Shown: one piece after another, positions 10,211 through 21,525 of the stretch | How the letters are laid out: each line of letters starts with the position of its first letter | How positions within the stretch are numbered: the stretch's first letter is position 1 | Assembly (NCBI GenBank): GCA_052145435.1 | Contig: JBKQOR010000125.1 | Coordinates: forward strand, 2,872-66,871 | Direction of reading: 5' to 3' | Source of the DNA: Rhodomicrobium sp. | GTDB lineage: Bacteria > Pseudomonadota > Alphaproteobacteria > Rhizobiales > Rhodomicrobiaceae | DNA length: 64,000 nt | Notes under the pieces: model-generated | The model's database searches: none | The model's input: the letters and a program-made list of their open reading frames with translations, nothing else | Told to the model about the DNA's origin: nothing | Position numbers and translations under genes: made by a program

Positions 10211-11088
10211 AAGGCATCGTTCTCGCGGGCGGGTCGGGCACGCGGCTTTACCCGGCCACGCTTGGGGTCAGCAAGCAGCTTCTTCCGGTCTACGATAAGC
10301 CCATGATCTACTATCCCTTGTCGGTCCTGATGCTGGCTGGAATTCAGGATATTCTCTTGATTTCGACGCCTGAGCATTTGCCTTTGTTCCGCATGCTTTT
10401 AGGTGACGGCTCCGCCTTTGGGATATCGTTGAGCTATGCGGAGCAGCGACGCCCGGAGGGGCTGGCCCAAGCGTTCATCATCGGCGAGGAGTTTGTTGGC
10501 CGCGATCGCGTGGCACTCGTTCTTGGCGACAATATCTTCGTTGGCGGCGGCCTCACGGCGCTGCTGACCGAGGCTGCATCGAGAGAGAAGGGAGCGACCA
10601 TCTTCGCCTACCGGGTGGAGGACCCGCGGCGCTACGGCGTCGTCGCGTTCGATGCCGATGGCAAAGCGACCGATATTGTCGAGAAGCCCGCCAACCCGCC
10701 TTCTTCTTGGGCCGCAACCGGACTTTACTTTTACGATAACCGGGTCGTCGAGGTCGCCAAATCCATCCGCCCTTCGGCGCGCGGGGAGCTTGAGATTACC
10801 GACGTCAACCGGACCTATCTCGAACGGGGCGAACTGCACGTTCAGCGCATGACACGCGGGCACGCCTGGCTCGATACCGGCACGCACGATTCGCTTCTGG
10901 AGGCATCCGAATTTGTGCGCACCCTGCAGCACCGCCAAGGCCTGCATATTGCGTGTCTCGAGGAGATCGCTTTCCAGAAAGGCTTCATTGGCATCGATCG
11001 ACTGCGCGAGCGGAGCCTTTATTTTGCCAAATCCGGCTACGGCAAATATCTCAGCGAGATCGTCCACGAGGCCGAAGGCGGCACATGA
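10207..11088 (+). CDS. rfbA: Glucose-1-phosphate thymidylyltransferase
   Basis: [48 protein letters not shown]. Confidence 0.97.
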   Translation: MKGIVLAGGSGTRLYPATLGVSKQLLPVYDKPMIYYPLSVLMLAGIQDILLISTPEHLPLFRMLLGDGSAFGISLSYAEQRRPEGLAQAFIIGEEFVGRDRVALVLGDNIFVGGGLTALLTEAASREKGATIFAYRVEDPRRYGVVAFDADGKATDIVEKPANPPSSWAATGLYFYDNRVVEVAKSIRPSARGELEITDVNRTYLERGELHVQRMTRGHAWLDTGTHDSLLEASEFVRTLQHRQGLHIACLEEIAFQKGFIGIDRLRERSLYFAKSGYGKYLSEIVHEAEGGT

Positions 11089-11199
11089 CGCGCCGGTTTC
11101 GCTGCAACGCTGAGAACGGGCGCGGCAATTGCGCGCTTGCATCGGCGGCAACGGAATATATGACTACACATCAAACGGTTGGGACGCGGGCAGCGCTGG

Positions 11200-12000
11200 A
11201 TGATAAAATTTATATATTTAGTGTTTGGCACCAAACCAACCTATCAGGCGGAACTGCGCTACAGCATATCGACACTGCTTGCCGAAATGCCGGAGGCCGC
11301 CGGCAACGTCACCGTGTACACGGACCGTCCATCTCTTTACATCGCCGACAACCGCTATGTGAAAGCGGTCGATATAGCGCCGCTTCTTGCAGAAATGACC
11401 AACGGCGGGGAGTATGTCTTTAGGGCAAAGCCGTGGGCCGTGCTCCATGCCTTGCGAGCCCACGGGTGTCCTTGCGTTTTTCTGGACACCGACACGTTCG
11501 TCAAACGCGGGTTCGCCAGAGCGCTGAAATCGCAACTCCAGAGCGGAGCCGTCATGGACCGGTATGTGCGCCGGCATCCCTTCCCCGAATGCACCGGGTT
11601 CGAAACCATTCTTCCGAGCGGTAAGCCGTTCCGCTACGATCCCAAGACCGCCGTGATGTACAACAGCGGCGTCATCGGGGTCAGGCCCAGCGACGCCGCC
11701 GCCATCGAGGATGCTATCGCCATCATCGACGCGATCCGGCCTCTCTCCTACAAGCGCACCCACGACCAGGAGCAGTTCGCCATTAATGAGGCCCTGCGCA
11801 TTCACGGCGTCCGCATCGGCGTTATTCACAACACGCTCAACCATTACTGCTCCAGGTGGCAGAAGCGCTATATGCACTGGCGGTTCGAGAGGATTGCGGA
11901 TATTGCCGCGGCTCCGATTGTGCCGCGCCGGCCCCGCATTAAGGTGAACAAGGCCATCGGGGCCGTTTTCAAATACACAAATAAGCGCCTAGCTAAATAA
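11200..12000 (+). CDS. Putative nucleotide-diphospho-sugar transferase (GT8-like motifs)
   Basis: VFLDTDT (DxD), MYNSGVIG and DQEQFAIN motifs. Follows rfbA. Confidence 0.55.
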   Translation: MIKFIYLVFGTKPTYQAELRYSISTLLAEMPEAAGNVTVYTDRPSLYIADNRYVKAVDIAPLLAEMTNGGEYVFRAKPWAVLHALRAHGCPCVFLDTDTFVKRGFARALKSQLQSGAVMDRYVRRHPFPECTGFETILPSGKPFRYDPKTAVMYNSGVIGVRPSDAAAIEDAIAIIDAIRPLSYKRTHDQEQFAINEALRIHGVRIGVIHNTLNHYCSRWQKRYMHWRFERIADIAAAPIVPRRPRIKVNKAIGAVFKYTNKRLAK

Positions 12001-12035
12001 TCCGCCGTAAAGCGGGTACCGGCGGCGCTGCACCT

Positions 12036-14009
12036 TCAGAGCGGAGGGCTTCCGCTTGCGGAAGGCTCGGTTTCGCGCGCCTCCGCTTCTTCGGTGCGGG
12101 GGCCAGTCAGCAAGGGAATGCTGAGATAGGGCATGACATGCAGGGCACCGGCTACGGACAAATGATTGTTGTCCGACATCAAAAGGGTGTCTCCGCTCCG
12201 CGCGAGGCACTGCTCCTGATTACATAGAACGCCGGCCGCGCTTGCCACCGAAAAGCTGTATCGCTTTTTTAGAAAAGCGAAATACCCATTTAAAGTCCGG
12301 CTCTTGGACTCGAAGACTTCCCTTGGCAGCATCACGCAAGCGCCCGTGCCCCGCCCATAAAAGATGGCACGCGCCACACAGGCCCTTACCGGCATCGCGA
12401 ATTCAGGAACCTGCTCGAGTAAGGACACTTCTGCGCCCACACTGCTAAGGAAAGCTAACGTCTTTGCAAGGCCGCCCTTATTCTGCGCAGGGTTCTCCTC
12501 GGCGAGGAATCGGCGAAGGTACCTCAGGTGGCTGCTCCACCGGCCGCCAAGAATAGCAAGCTTGACGCTGTTATTGCGCACCCAGCGGCTGACGGACGCG
12601 TTGAACTTTCTGCATGGTCTTGACATCTGCGGGTCGTCGAGAAACGGCTGGCATCCCCCCATTGAAAAGAGCAGGCCGGATATCTTCCGGTTACTCGCGA
12701 GGGTAGTAAGGGCGGGTGCGAAATGTACGGCGTGGGAGTCTCCCCATACGATGAAATCGTAGCGCCCGCCGTGGTTCTCACCAAGCTCGCAAGTCCCGCC
12801 GCCCTCTATTCCGGGAATATGAACTGGCCGGCAGTATTGCGGAATTACAGATTGCTTTTTTTCTAACTGTAGGACCGCTTCGCTGGCACGGTATGGAAAG
12901 CCTCCGCTTTGGCTAAACGATACGCCGGCAATAAGAAGGACGCCCATCGCCGCGGCGGCAACCCCAAAGACCCTTACCTCTGGAAGCCTGGCAGCCCGGC
13001 ATGGGGTTTCGATAAAGCGCCAGGAGAGGTGCGCCAGAGCCACGCTCGTCAAGGCGATGGCGAGGCGATGCACAAGCGTAAGCTCCTCGCTGAAATAGAG
13101 ATGTGCAAAGCTGAGCAACGGCCAGTGGATCAGGTAAAGCGAGTAGGAGATCAGGCCGATATGCCGGATCGGTCCGATGGAAAGGAGCCTCGATACCGGG
13201 TTGGCGGGATTTCCGGCCGCAATGATGAAGCCGGCGCCGGCGCAGGGCAGGAGCGCGGTAAAACCCGGGAAGCGCGACGCAGTATCGTACAGCGCCACGG
13301 CAACCGCGATCCCGCCGAGCCCAGCTATTCCCAAAGCCGTGGCGAGGCGCCCCGGCCGCAAGAGTACGGGAGAAACCGCGAGACCCGCTCCAAGAAGCAG
13401 CTCCCATGCCCTGCACCAGGGAAGATAAAACGCATCCTTTTGATAATCTGGCATCCTCGCTTCGGCCAGCGCCAGCGAGACCAACGCAAGCACGAGGATG
13501 GCGTAGGGTACCTTTTTTGCGGGTACTGCCCGATTGAGAAGAAGCAGAATCAGCGGCCACGCGGCATAAAACTGCTCCTCAACGGAAAGCGACCAAGTGT
13601 GCAGCAGGGGCGTTTCGATAGCTGGCGCCGCGAAATAATCCGCGACCTTTATCGCATGAAAGTTCGAGAAGAAAAGCACCGTGGCATTGGCGAACCTTCC
13701 GAACGCCACCAGGTCGCCTGGGATGAGCAGGAAAAATGCCGCGATTGTACAAAACAACAGGACCGTGTAGAGGGCAGGAAATATCCGCTTGATGCGGCGC
13801 ACATAGAAATTTTGCAGGGAGAAAGAGCCATCCCCTAACGCGGGCCAGATAATGCCCGTTATGAGATATCCCGATATAACAAAGAATACATCGACGCCCA
13901 CAAAACCGCCGGGAAAGCCGGGCAATCCGGCATGATAAAAGACGACCGAAAGAACCGCGACGGCTCTCAGACCGTCGATATCGGGACGGTAGTTTGGCTG
14001 TTGGCTAAT
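12036..14009 (-). CDS. Acyltransferase family 3 fused to an SGNH domain (OafA-like O-acetyltransferase); start uncertain (TTG 14150 or ATT 14009)
   Basis: YRPDIDGLRAVAV, GGFVGVDVFFVISGYLIT, HTWSLSVEEQFY, ISYSLYLIHWP, then WGDSHA and DNNHLS. Confidence 0.9.
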   Translation of the reverse strand: MSQQPNYRPDIDGLRAVAVLSVVFYHAGLPGFPGGFVGVDVFFVISGYLITGIIWPALGDGSFSLQNFYVRRIKRIFPALYTVLLFCTIAAFFLLIPGDLVAFGRFANATVLFFSNFHAIKVADYFAAPAIETPLLHTWSLSVEEQFYAAWPLILLLLNRAVPAKKVPYAILVLALVSLALAEARMPDYQKDAFYLPWCRAWELLLGAGLAVSPVLLRPGRLATALGIAGLGGIAVAVALYDTASRFPGFTALLPCAGAGFIIAAGNPANPVSRLLSIGPIRHIGLISYSLYLIHWPLLSFAHLYFSEELTLVHRLAIALTSVALAHLSWRFIETPCRAARLPEVRVFGVAAAAMGVLLIAGVSFSQSGGFPYRASEAVLQLEKKQSVIPQYCRPVHIPGIEGGGTCELGENHGGRYDFIVWGDSHAVHFAPALTTLASNRKISGLLFSMGGCQPFLDDPQMSRPCRKFNASVSRWVRNNSVKLAILGGRWSSHLRYLRRFLAEENPAQNKGGLAKTLAFLSSVGAEVSLLEQVPEFAMPVRACVARAIFYGRGTGACVMLPREVFESKSRTLNGYFAFLKKRYSFSVASAAGVLCNQEQCLARSGDTLLMSDNNHLSVAGALHVMPYLSIPLLTGPRTEEAEARETEPSASGSPPL

Positions 14010-14219
14010 GGCACGTTCTCCAATGAAGCCAGGTCTTATCAGACGAGTTCGAGCTGTTAGCCGATTAGCTCCACCCGCGCAAGCTCTCCGCCGGCCACGG
14101 ACAAATGCGCGGACTCCGCAAGGCGCGCGCCAAGACGGTTGACAACCCATGGCGGGTTAAAGAAAAAGCATGAAGATGCTACGAGGGACGTCCCAGGACG
14201 CGGAAGGGGTGGCAAGGCT

Positions 14220-15266
14220 ATGCGCGTAAGTTTCGACGGCGGACGCCTGAACGAGCGCGGCGTCGCTGTCGCGATGTACGACTATGCTTTTCACGCCCGC
14301 GCCCTGTTGGGCGTCGAGCCGGTGATACTCCATAATTCCAGCACGCCTCCGTTGCAGGCGCATGTGGAACGCTTCGAGCGCGTGTTCCCCACATTCGGCT
14401 ATTCCAGCGACGACGAGATGCAGCGGCTGATCGAGCGCGAGCGGATCGATGCCGCCTATTTTCTGAAGACCGGGCGCAAGGACGTCCGCATCTCGAAGTC
14501 CTGCCGCACGGCGGTGCACGAGGTCTTCAAATTCTTCACACCGCAAGGCGATGCCTATGCCTATGTTTCGCGCTGGCTTGCCGATGCGATGACGGGCGGG
14601 CGTTATCCGGCCGTGCCGCACATCGTGGGCCTGCCGGCCCCGGGCGCCAATCTGCGCGCCGAGCTGGGCATACCGGACGATGCCTTCGTCGCCGGCAGGC
14701 ATGGAGGCGCCGACCAATTCAATACGCCCTTCGTGCCCGCGGCGATCGAGGCGGCGCTCGCCCGGCGCAAGAACCTCTGGATTGTTCTGTTGAACACCAA
14801 CCGCTTTTCGGCGCATGAGCGGATCGTTCATTTGCCTCCCACGCCGGACCGGCAGCGGATCGCCGATTTCATCGCCACCTGCGATGCGGGCCTCAACGCG
14901 CGCCGCGTCGGCGAAACCTTTGGCCTGGCGATCGCCGAGTTCCTCTCCCAGGATAAACCCGTTTTGGTCTGGGCGGGCGGACGGGACCGCAACCACCTCG
15001 AACTCGTTGGGGATCCCCGCTTTATCTATCGGACGCGGCACGATCTGACGCGGTTGCTCGTCGAATTGGAGCCTCGCGACTGGGGCGGGCGCTGGCACGA
15101 ACGCGTCCGTCAGTTCGAACCTTCGGCGGTGATGCAGGCCTTCGCAGCGATATTCCTAGGTCCGGAGCCCCGAACGGAACCGAAGCTGCCGCCAGGGTTC
15201 CAACTCGCCACTGCCGCGCGGCAACGCGCCGGGCGGTTGAGGGACCGTTACTGGATATCCTTTTAG
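14220..15266 (+). CDS. GT-B (GT4-like) glycosyltransferase
   Basis: ERGVAVAMYDYA N-terminus and GETFGLAIAEF (Ex7E) motif. Confidence 0.65.
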   Translation: MRVSFDGGRLNERGVAVAMYDYAFHARALLGVEPVILHNSSTPPLQAHVERFERVFPTFGYSSDDEMQRLIERERIDAAYFLKTGRKDVRISKSCRTAVHEVFKFFTPQGDAYAYVSRWLADAMTGGRYPAVPHIVGLPAPGANLRAELGIPDDAFVAGRHGGADQFNTPFVPAAIEAALARRKNLWIVLLNTNRFSAHERIVHLPPTPDRQRIADFIATCDAGLNARRVGETFGLAIAEFLSQDKPVLVWAGGRDRNHLELVGDPRFIYRTRHDLTRLLVELEPRDWGGRWHERVRQFEPSAVMQAFAAIFLGPEPRTEPKLPPGFQLATAARQRAGRLRDRYWISF

Positions 15267-15330
15267 CTGGGCGCAGCTGGCAGTACCGCGTGGTAAACCG
15301 GGCTGCACAGCGCAAGATTGAAAAATGAAT

Positions 15331-15357
15331 TGGCTATTCATAATTATTGAATAGCCA
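15331..15357. promoter_or_regulatory. Perfect 10-bp inverted repeat (operator or terminator)
   Basis: TGGCTATTCA-TAATTAT-TGAATAGCCA in an AT-rich intergenic stretch. Confidence 0.45.
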
Positions 15358-15740
15358 GCTTTCGCGCCTCAATTTATGTTTAGAGCATCGCGAGCTTATT
15401 CCGGTGCCCGTTAACGTGAGGCGGCCGTTACAGCCATAGGCAATCACTGCGGCATCAGAAACTCAATCCTGGATTGCTTCTCTACATTGGCAATGACTGA
15501 GATCCCAGGTTAACGCGCGAAATCTAGGCATGGTATTTCATTTTCTTTGTTGGGATTCCCGTCATGGCCTCAACTCCGAATCTTCAAATGCGGCTCGCAA
15601 TGCCGGCACCGAACGCTTGGCTTGAGTGACGTCTCGAGGGAATGGTAGCCCGCCATATCGCCCGCGATGAATCTTACTAGAGTTTGGATATGAGAAGGCC
15701 GATGAACGGCTGAAGGAGAAACAAGGGAGTTCCGCCGGCG

Positions 15741-17534
15741 ATGAACCAACAAGAATTTGGCCCCTGGAATCCGGGTGTCGAGTCGACTCTCCCAAATGAG
15801 TTTTTACCGTTGTCGACGCTGTTCCGGCCAGAGAACGCGCTCACGAAGCTGGCCGATCTCCATGAGCTCAGTGACTTTTCGGGCATTTCCCTTCAGGACC
15901 TCGTGATGTTTAAGCCCGAACGCCTGGCCGTGCACGAGCTACTCATCCGCGTAACGGCAGACCTTTTCGTGTCGGACGGCACAAAATACGAGGACCTTGG
16001 AACAAATTTTCGCCGCATAACCGCAACCATTCTAGACAAGTATATTATGCCGCGGATAGACGAGGTGAAAGAACTTCACGACAATTTGCGGCAGCAAGTT
16101 TCTCTGCTCATCGGCCAAGAATTATCGAACTGTTTTCGCGAGCCGTTGCCCGCCCCTCAGCTTCGCAGCGAACAGCCTTCGCTTCTCAGCCGTTTCGGAT
16201 TCCTCGCCAAAGCCGAACCCGCCTCTGCTTCCCTGGAAACCGTAGAGGAGCGCGACATCCGGATCGTAACCGCGTGGAGCCGGAGAGCCGCCGCAGCTGA
16301 AACTGAGCTTGAGCGCAGGGCTTACCAAGCCCTTGTGCGAGTTTCCTCCGCGGTTGGCAAAAAGCGCGGACGGCTCATTGGCGACGCAGGCGTACTATCG
16401 GCGCTCGCCGTCCCCCAAGTGTGCAACGAGTATGGCAGCGAATTGATCGGCTCGCACATTGAGCAGTATATCCATCGCGCCGTGTTGGAGGAAGGTTACA
16501 CTCTCGTGCCAGCGCAGGCCCACCCCGTGGTCATGAAGGTCAAGGGCGCTTCGGCGTCCGGCAAAAGCACGATGCGCCCCCTGCAAAAACAGCTTGCGGA
16601 GAGAATTGGCATTCGATGGGACGAATTTGCGCTCATAAGTCCCGACGTATGGCGCAAGTTCTTGCTGGATTACGACAGCCTCGGCCCGGCGCGAAAATAT
16701 GCGGGAACTCTAACAGGTCACGAGGTCGCGATCATCGACAAAAAGCTCGACCGGTACTTGGCGAACAAAGCTGAGAGCGGGCGAATGTCTCATCTCCTCA
16801 TTGACCGCTTTCGCTTCGACAGCTTCATTGAGGGTCCAGATAGGGACAATGACGGCGTGCTCCCAGCACGGTCCGGCCACCTGATCTATATGTTTTTCAT
16901 GATCACACCGCCGGAGGCTACGGTCGAGCGTGCCTGGAAAAGGGGGGAGAAATTCGGACGCTATAAGGCGGTCGACGATCTTCTGTACCACAACATCGAA
17001 GCTTACACAGGAATGCCGCGGCTGCTTTTCGCCTGGGCGGGACAAAAGACTAAGCAAATTCATTTCGAATTCCTCGATAACGATGTTCCCAAGGGGTGCC
17101 CGCCGCGAACGGTCGCCTTCGGAACAGGGAGCGAATTGAACATTTTAGACGTCAAACGCCTTCTCGATGTCGATCGCTTCAAAAAGATAAACCTCGATGC
17201 GCGCCGGCCCGAGGACGTTTACCTGCCGGATTCGCATGCGCCCGAGAACAACACCGAATTCCTACGGCAATGCGTGCGAGCGATCCCGGCGATCAACTTC
17301 GTGGATTGCGAGTCGGGCCTGATATACGCCAAGGTCCGGGACGGAAAGCTGATACGTGGCGCTGATGAACCCTCCGATCCGCACGCAAAAGCCGGATTGG
17401 CCGCCGTTGCCGCTGAACTTGCGCACGTTTCCGCTGGCATTCTAGAACCCTTTGGTGAGCTGACACCCGGCAAGGTTCATACGCTCGGCACTTGGTGCGG
17501 CCAGCCGCGGACGCCGGATCCAGCCGCCTGTTGA
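15741..17534 (+). CDS. Large uncharacterised P-loop NTPase, zeta-toxin/kinase-like C-terminal domain
   Basis: GGGAG before ATG. Walker A GASASGKS, ISPDVWRK, LLIDRFRFD and a lid-like ERAWKRGEKFGR, after an N-terminal region of about 270 aa. Confidence 0.6.
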   Translation: MNQQEFGPWNPGVESTLPNEFLPLSTLFRPENALTKLADLHELSDFSGISLQDLVMFKPERLAVHELLIRVTADLFVSDGTKYEDLGTNFRRITATILDKYIMPRIDEVKELHDNLRQQVSLLIGQELSNCFREPLPAPQLRSEQPSLLSRFGFLAKAEPASASLETVEERDIRIVTAWSRRAAAAETELERRAYQALVRVSSAVGKKRGRLIGDAGVLSALAVPQVCNEYGSELIGSHIEQYIHRAVLEEGYTLVPAQAHPVVMKVKGASASGKSTMRPLQKQLAERIGIRWDEFALISPDVWRKFLLDYDSLGPARKYAGTLTGHEVAIIDKKLDRYLANKAESGRMSHLLIDRFRFDSFIEGPDRDNDGVLPARSGHLIYMFFMITPPEATVERAWKRGEKFGRYKAVDDLLYHNIEAYTGMPRLLFAWAGQKTKQIHFEFLDNDVPKGCPPRTVAFGTGSELNILDVKRLLDVDRFKKINLDARRPEDVYLPDSHAPENNTEFLRQCVRAIPAINFVDCESGLIYAKVRDGKLIRGADEPSDPHAKAGLAAVAAELAHVSAGILEPFGELTPGKVHTLGTWCGQPRTPDPAAC

Positions 17535-17663
17535 CCCCGGTCCAGCCGCGTCTGAGGAAGCGATTCGAGCACGGCCGGCACGTGCACAACGGGTGTGGAT
17601 TGCGCGCCTTGTCCGAATTTTCTTAAACCCCTCAACAAGCGCTCGAAGCCCACGATATCCCTA

Positions 17664-17677
17664 TTGACCGGCATCAA
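17664..17677. promoter_or_regulatory. FNR/FixK-type binding box
   Basis: TTGACCGGCATCAA matches TTGA-N6-TCAA (one mismatch to TTGAT-N4-ATCAA) and ends 92 nt before the next start codon. Confidence 0.6.
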
Positions 17678-17769
17678 GGCCCGTGAAGGTTCCCCTGCGT
17701 AAACATCTTTCCGGGCAATTGGGCCGCGATCTGCTTTTGCAGTAAATCGGAGCCGCATGGAGGAAGACG

Positions 17770-19579
<1,810 letters not shown>

Positions 19580-19580
<1 letters not shown>

Positions 19581-20035
19581 TGAGGCTGACGGTGACGACG
19601 CCGCTGGCTATTATCGCGGAAGCCGATGACATCCTGCACTTGCGCGCCGAGGACGAGACGGGCTCCTTTGGAATTCTGCCGAACCATGCCGATTTCCTGA
19701 CCGCACTTTCGATTTCAGTGGTAAGCTGGTGCGACCGGAAAGGCACGGAACACTATGTGGCCGTGCGTGGCGGCATGCTCGAAGTGCGCGGCGGCGAAAC
19801 AATCGCGATTGCCGCGCCGGAGGGCGTTGCAAGCGATGATTTGACACTGCTCGAAACAGAAGTGCTAACCGCGTTCCGCCGTCAAGCCGAGCAAGAGCGA
19901 GCCGCCCGCACCGATGCGCAAAAACTCTATCTTGCAGCAATCCGGCAAATCTATCGCTTTCTGAAATCTGAACGTGAGCCTTCTGTCCCTGGCGGACGCG
20001 GTTCAACGTTGCATCGCGATGAGCTTGAGCAATGA
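19580..20035 (+). CDS. atpC: N-ATPase subunit epsilon
   Basis: GSFGILPNHADFLTAL, VAVRGGMLEV. TAATG coupling to atpD. Confidence 0.9.
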
Positions 20036-20313
20036 GTGACAAACCTGGCAAGGAAGAGCTCAGCAAGGCCGTCAGGACACGGCAGGAGCGGCGAGCGCGA
20101 TGGCGGGACGAGGGAGAACGTTCGATCGGCCAGAATCTTGCGATGATCGGTGCGCTGGGCTGGACTATTGTAGTGCCGGCGTTTCTCGGGATTATCGCCG
20201 GGCGCTGGCTGGACCGGCATTTGCAGATGGGCATGTTCTGGACCCTCAGCCTCCTAGTCGCCGGGCTTGTGCTCGGATGCTTGCTCGCATGGAAAAGGGT
20301 GCAAAGCGAATGA
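20032..20313 (+). CDS. atpQ: N-ATPase membrane subunit AtpQ (AtpZ/AtpI-like)
   Basis: Two TM segments, IGALGWTIVVP...GIIAGRWLD. Position in atpDCQRBEFAG. Confidence 0.85.
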   Translation: MSDKPGKEELSKAVRTRQERRARWRDEGERSIGQNLAMIGALGWTIVVPAFLGIIAGRWLDRHLQMGMFWTLSLLVAGLVLGCLLAWKRVQSE

Positions 20314-20597
20314 GCACCGGAACACTATCTCCAATGTCCGGACTCATCGTGGCAATGGCATTTGCAGGATTCGCCTTTGGCCTCCTTTACTTCATTGCAT
20401 TGCGGTGGACTGTAACCCTGTTTGCCGGACGCGGCGGCTGGCTGGGTCCCCTGGCGCTCACCTTGGGCCGTATCGGGGCGGCGGCTGTGTTTCTCGCCGC
20501 CGCCGCAAGAATGGGCGCGGCTACACTTCTTGCCGCGTTCCTCGGCTTCCTGCTCGCGCGCACCCTAGCACTGCGCGCTGCGGGGAGGGCGAACTGA
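20310..20597 (+). CDS. atpR: N-ATPase membrane subunit AtpR
   Basis: Hydrophobic, FAGFAFGLLYFIALRW...GFLLAR with intramembrane Arg residues. Operon position. Confidence 0.8.
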   Translation: MSTGTLSPMSGLIVAMAFAGFAFGLLYFIALRWTVTLFAGRGGWLGPLALTLGRIGAAAVFLAAAARMGAATLLAAFLGFLLARTLALRAAGRAN

Positions 20598-21271
20598 TGC
20601 CGCCGGTGTCGCCCCTCACCAGCACCGTTCTCTTTCACGCCGGCCCGATCGCCATTACGCGGCCGGTCGTAACCACATGGGTCATCATGCTTCTCTTGAC
20701 CGCCGTTTGCTGGCTGGTGACCCGCCATCTGCGAAAGTGGCCCGGCGGACGCCAGGCTGTGCTTGAGATCGTTGTGGCCGGTATCGAGCAGCAGATCGAG
20801 GACATTATCCGCAAAGACGCGCGCCCCTTTCTGCCGTTGCTCGGTACGCTCTTTATATTTCTCGTGACTGCAAATCTTAGCGGCATATTGCCTGGCGTCG
20901 AGGCGCCCACAAGCAAGCTTGAGACGCCTGCGGCGCTTGCAATCATAGTATTCTTTTCGGTGCACTACTACGGCGTGCGCGGGCGCGGGTTGCGCGGCTA
21001 TCTTGCGAGCTTCGCCGAACCGAAGCTCGTCATGCTGCCGCTCAATATCCTATCGGAGATAACGCGGACCTTCTCGCTTATGCTGCGCCTCTTCGGCAAC
21101 ATCATGAGCGGCGAGTTCGTCCTCGCGCTCGTGGTGGCCTTAGCGGGGCTTTTCGTGCCTATCCCGCTTATGGTTCTTGAGATACTAGTTGGCGTCGTGC
21201 AGGCGTATATTTTCACGGTCCTCGCCACAGTTTTCATCGGTGCCGCAGCCGGCAATGCGAAAGAAGAATAA
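20597..21271 (+). CDS. atpB: N-ATPase Fo subunit a
   Basis: RPFLPLLGTLFIFL..ANL, PTSKLET, RTFSLMLRLFGNIMSGE, VQAYIFTVL. Confidence 0.95.
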   Translation: MPPVSPLTSTVLFHAGPIAITRPVVTTWVIMLLLTAVCWLVTRHLRKWPGGRQAVLEIVVAGIEQQIEDIIRKDARPFLPLLGTLFIFLVTANLSGILPGVEAPTSKLETPAALAIIVFFSVHYYGVRGRGLRGYLASFAEPKLVMLPLNILSEITRTFSLMLRLFGNIMSGEFVLALVVALAGLFVPIPLMVLEILVGVVQAYIFTVLATVFIGAAAGNAKEE

Positions 21272-21280
21272 GGAGGCCTC

Positions 21281-21523
21281 ATGGACGCCAAGCTTGTCGC
21301 AATGATCGGGGCGGCCATCGCTGTCTCCGTCGGTTCCCTCGGCCCGGCTCTGGCCGAGGGCCGGGCTGTTGCCGCAGCCATGGACGCAATCGCGCGCCAG
21401 CCCGAGGCGGCCGGGACGATCTCGCGCACGCTCTTCGTCGGGCTCGCCATGATCGAGACTATGGCAATCTACTGCCTCGTGATCGCGCTGCTCTTGCTTT
21501 TCGCTAATCCTTACGCAGGCTGA
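21281..21523 (+). CDS. atpE: N-ATPase Fo subunit c
   Basis: RQPEA loop, ion-binding IETMAIY, and the extra N-helix Glu (PALAEG) typical of N-ATPases. Confidence 0.95.
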   Translation: MDAKLVAMIGAAIAVSVGSLGPALAEGRAVAAAMDAIARQPEAAGTISRTLFVGLAMIETMAIYCLVIALLLLFANPYAG

Positions 21524-21525
21524 GC

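Noticed and set aside
7663-11088. Gene order rfbC-B-D-A rather than the enteric B-D-A-C
   Set aside because: This order is ordinary in alphaproteobacteria.
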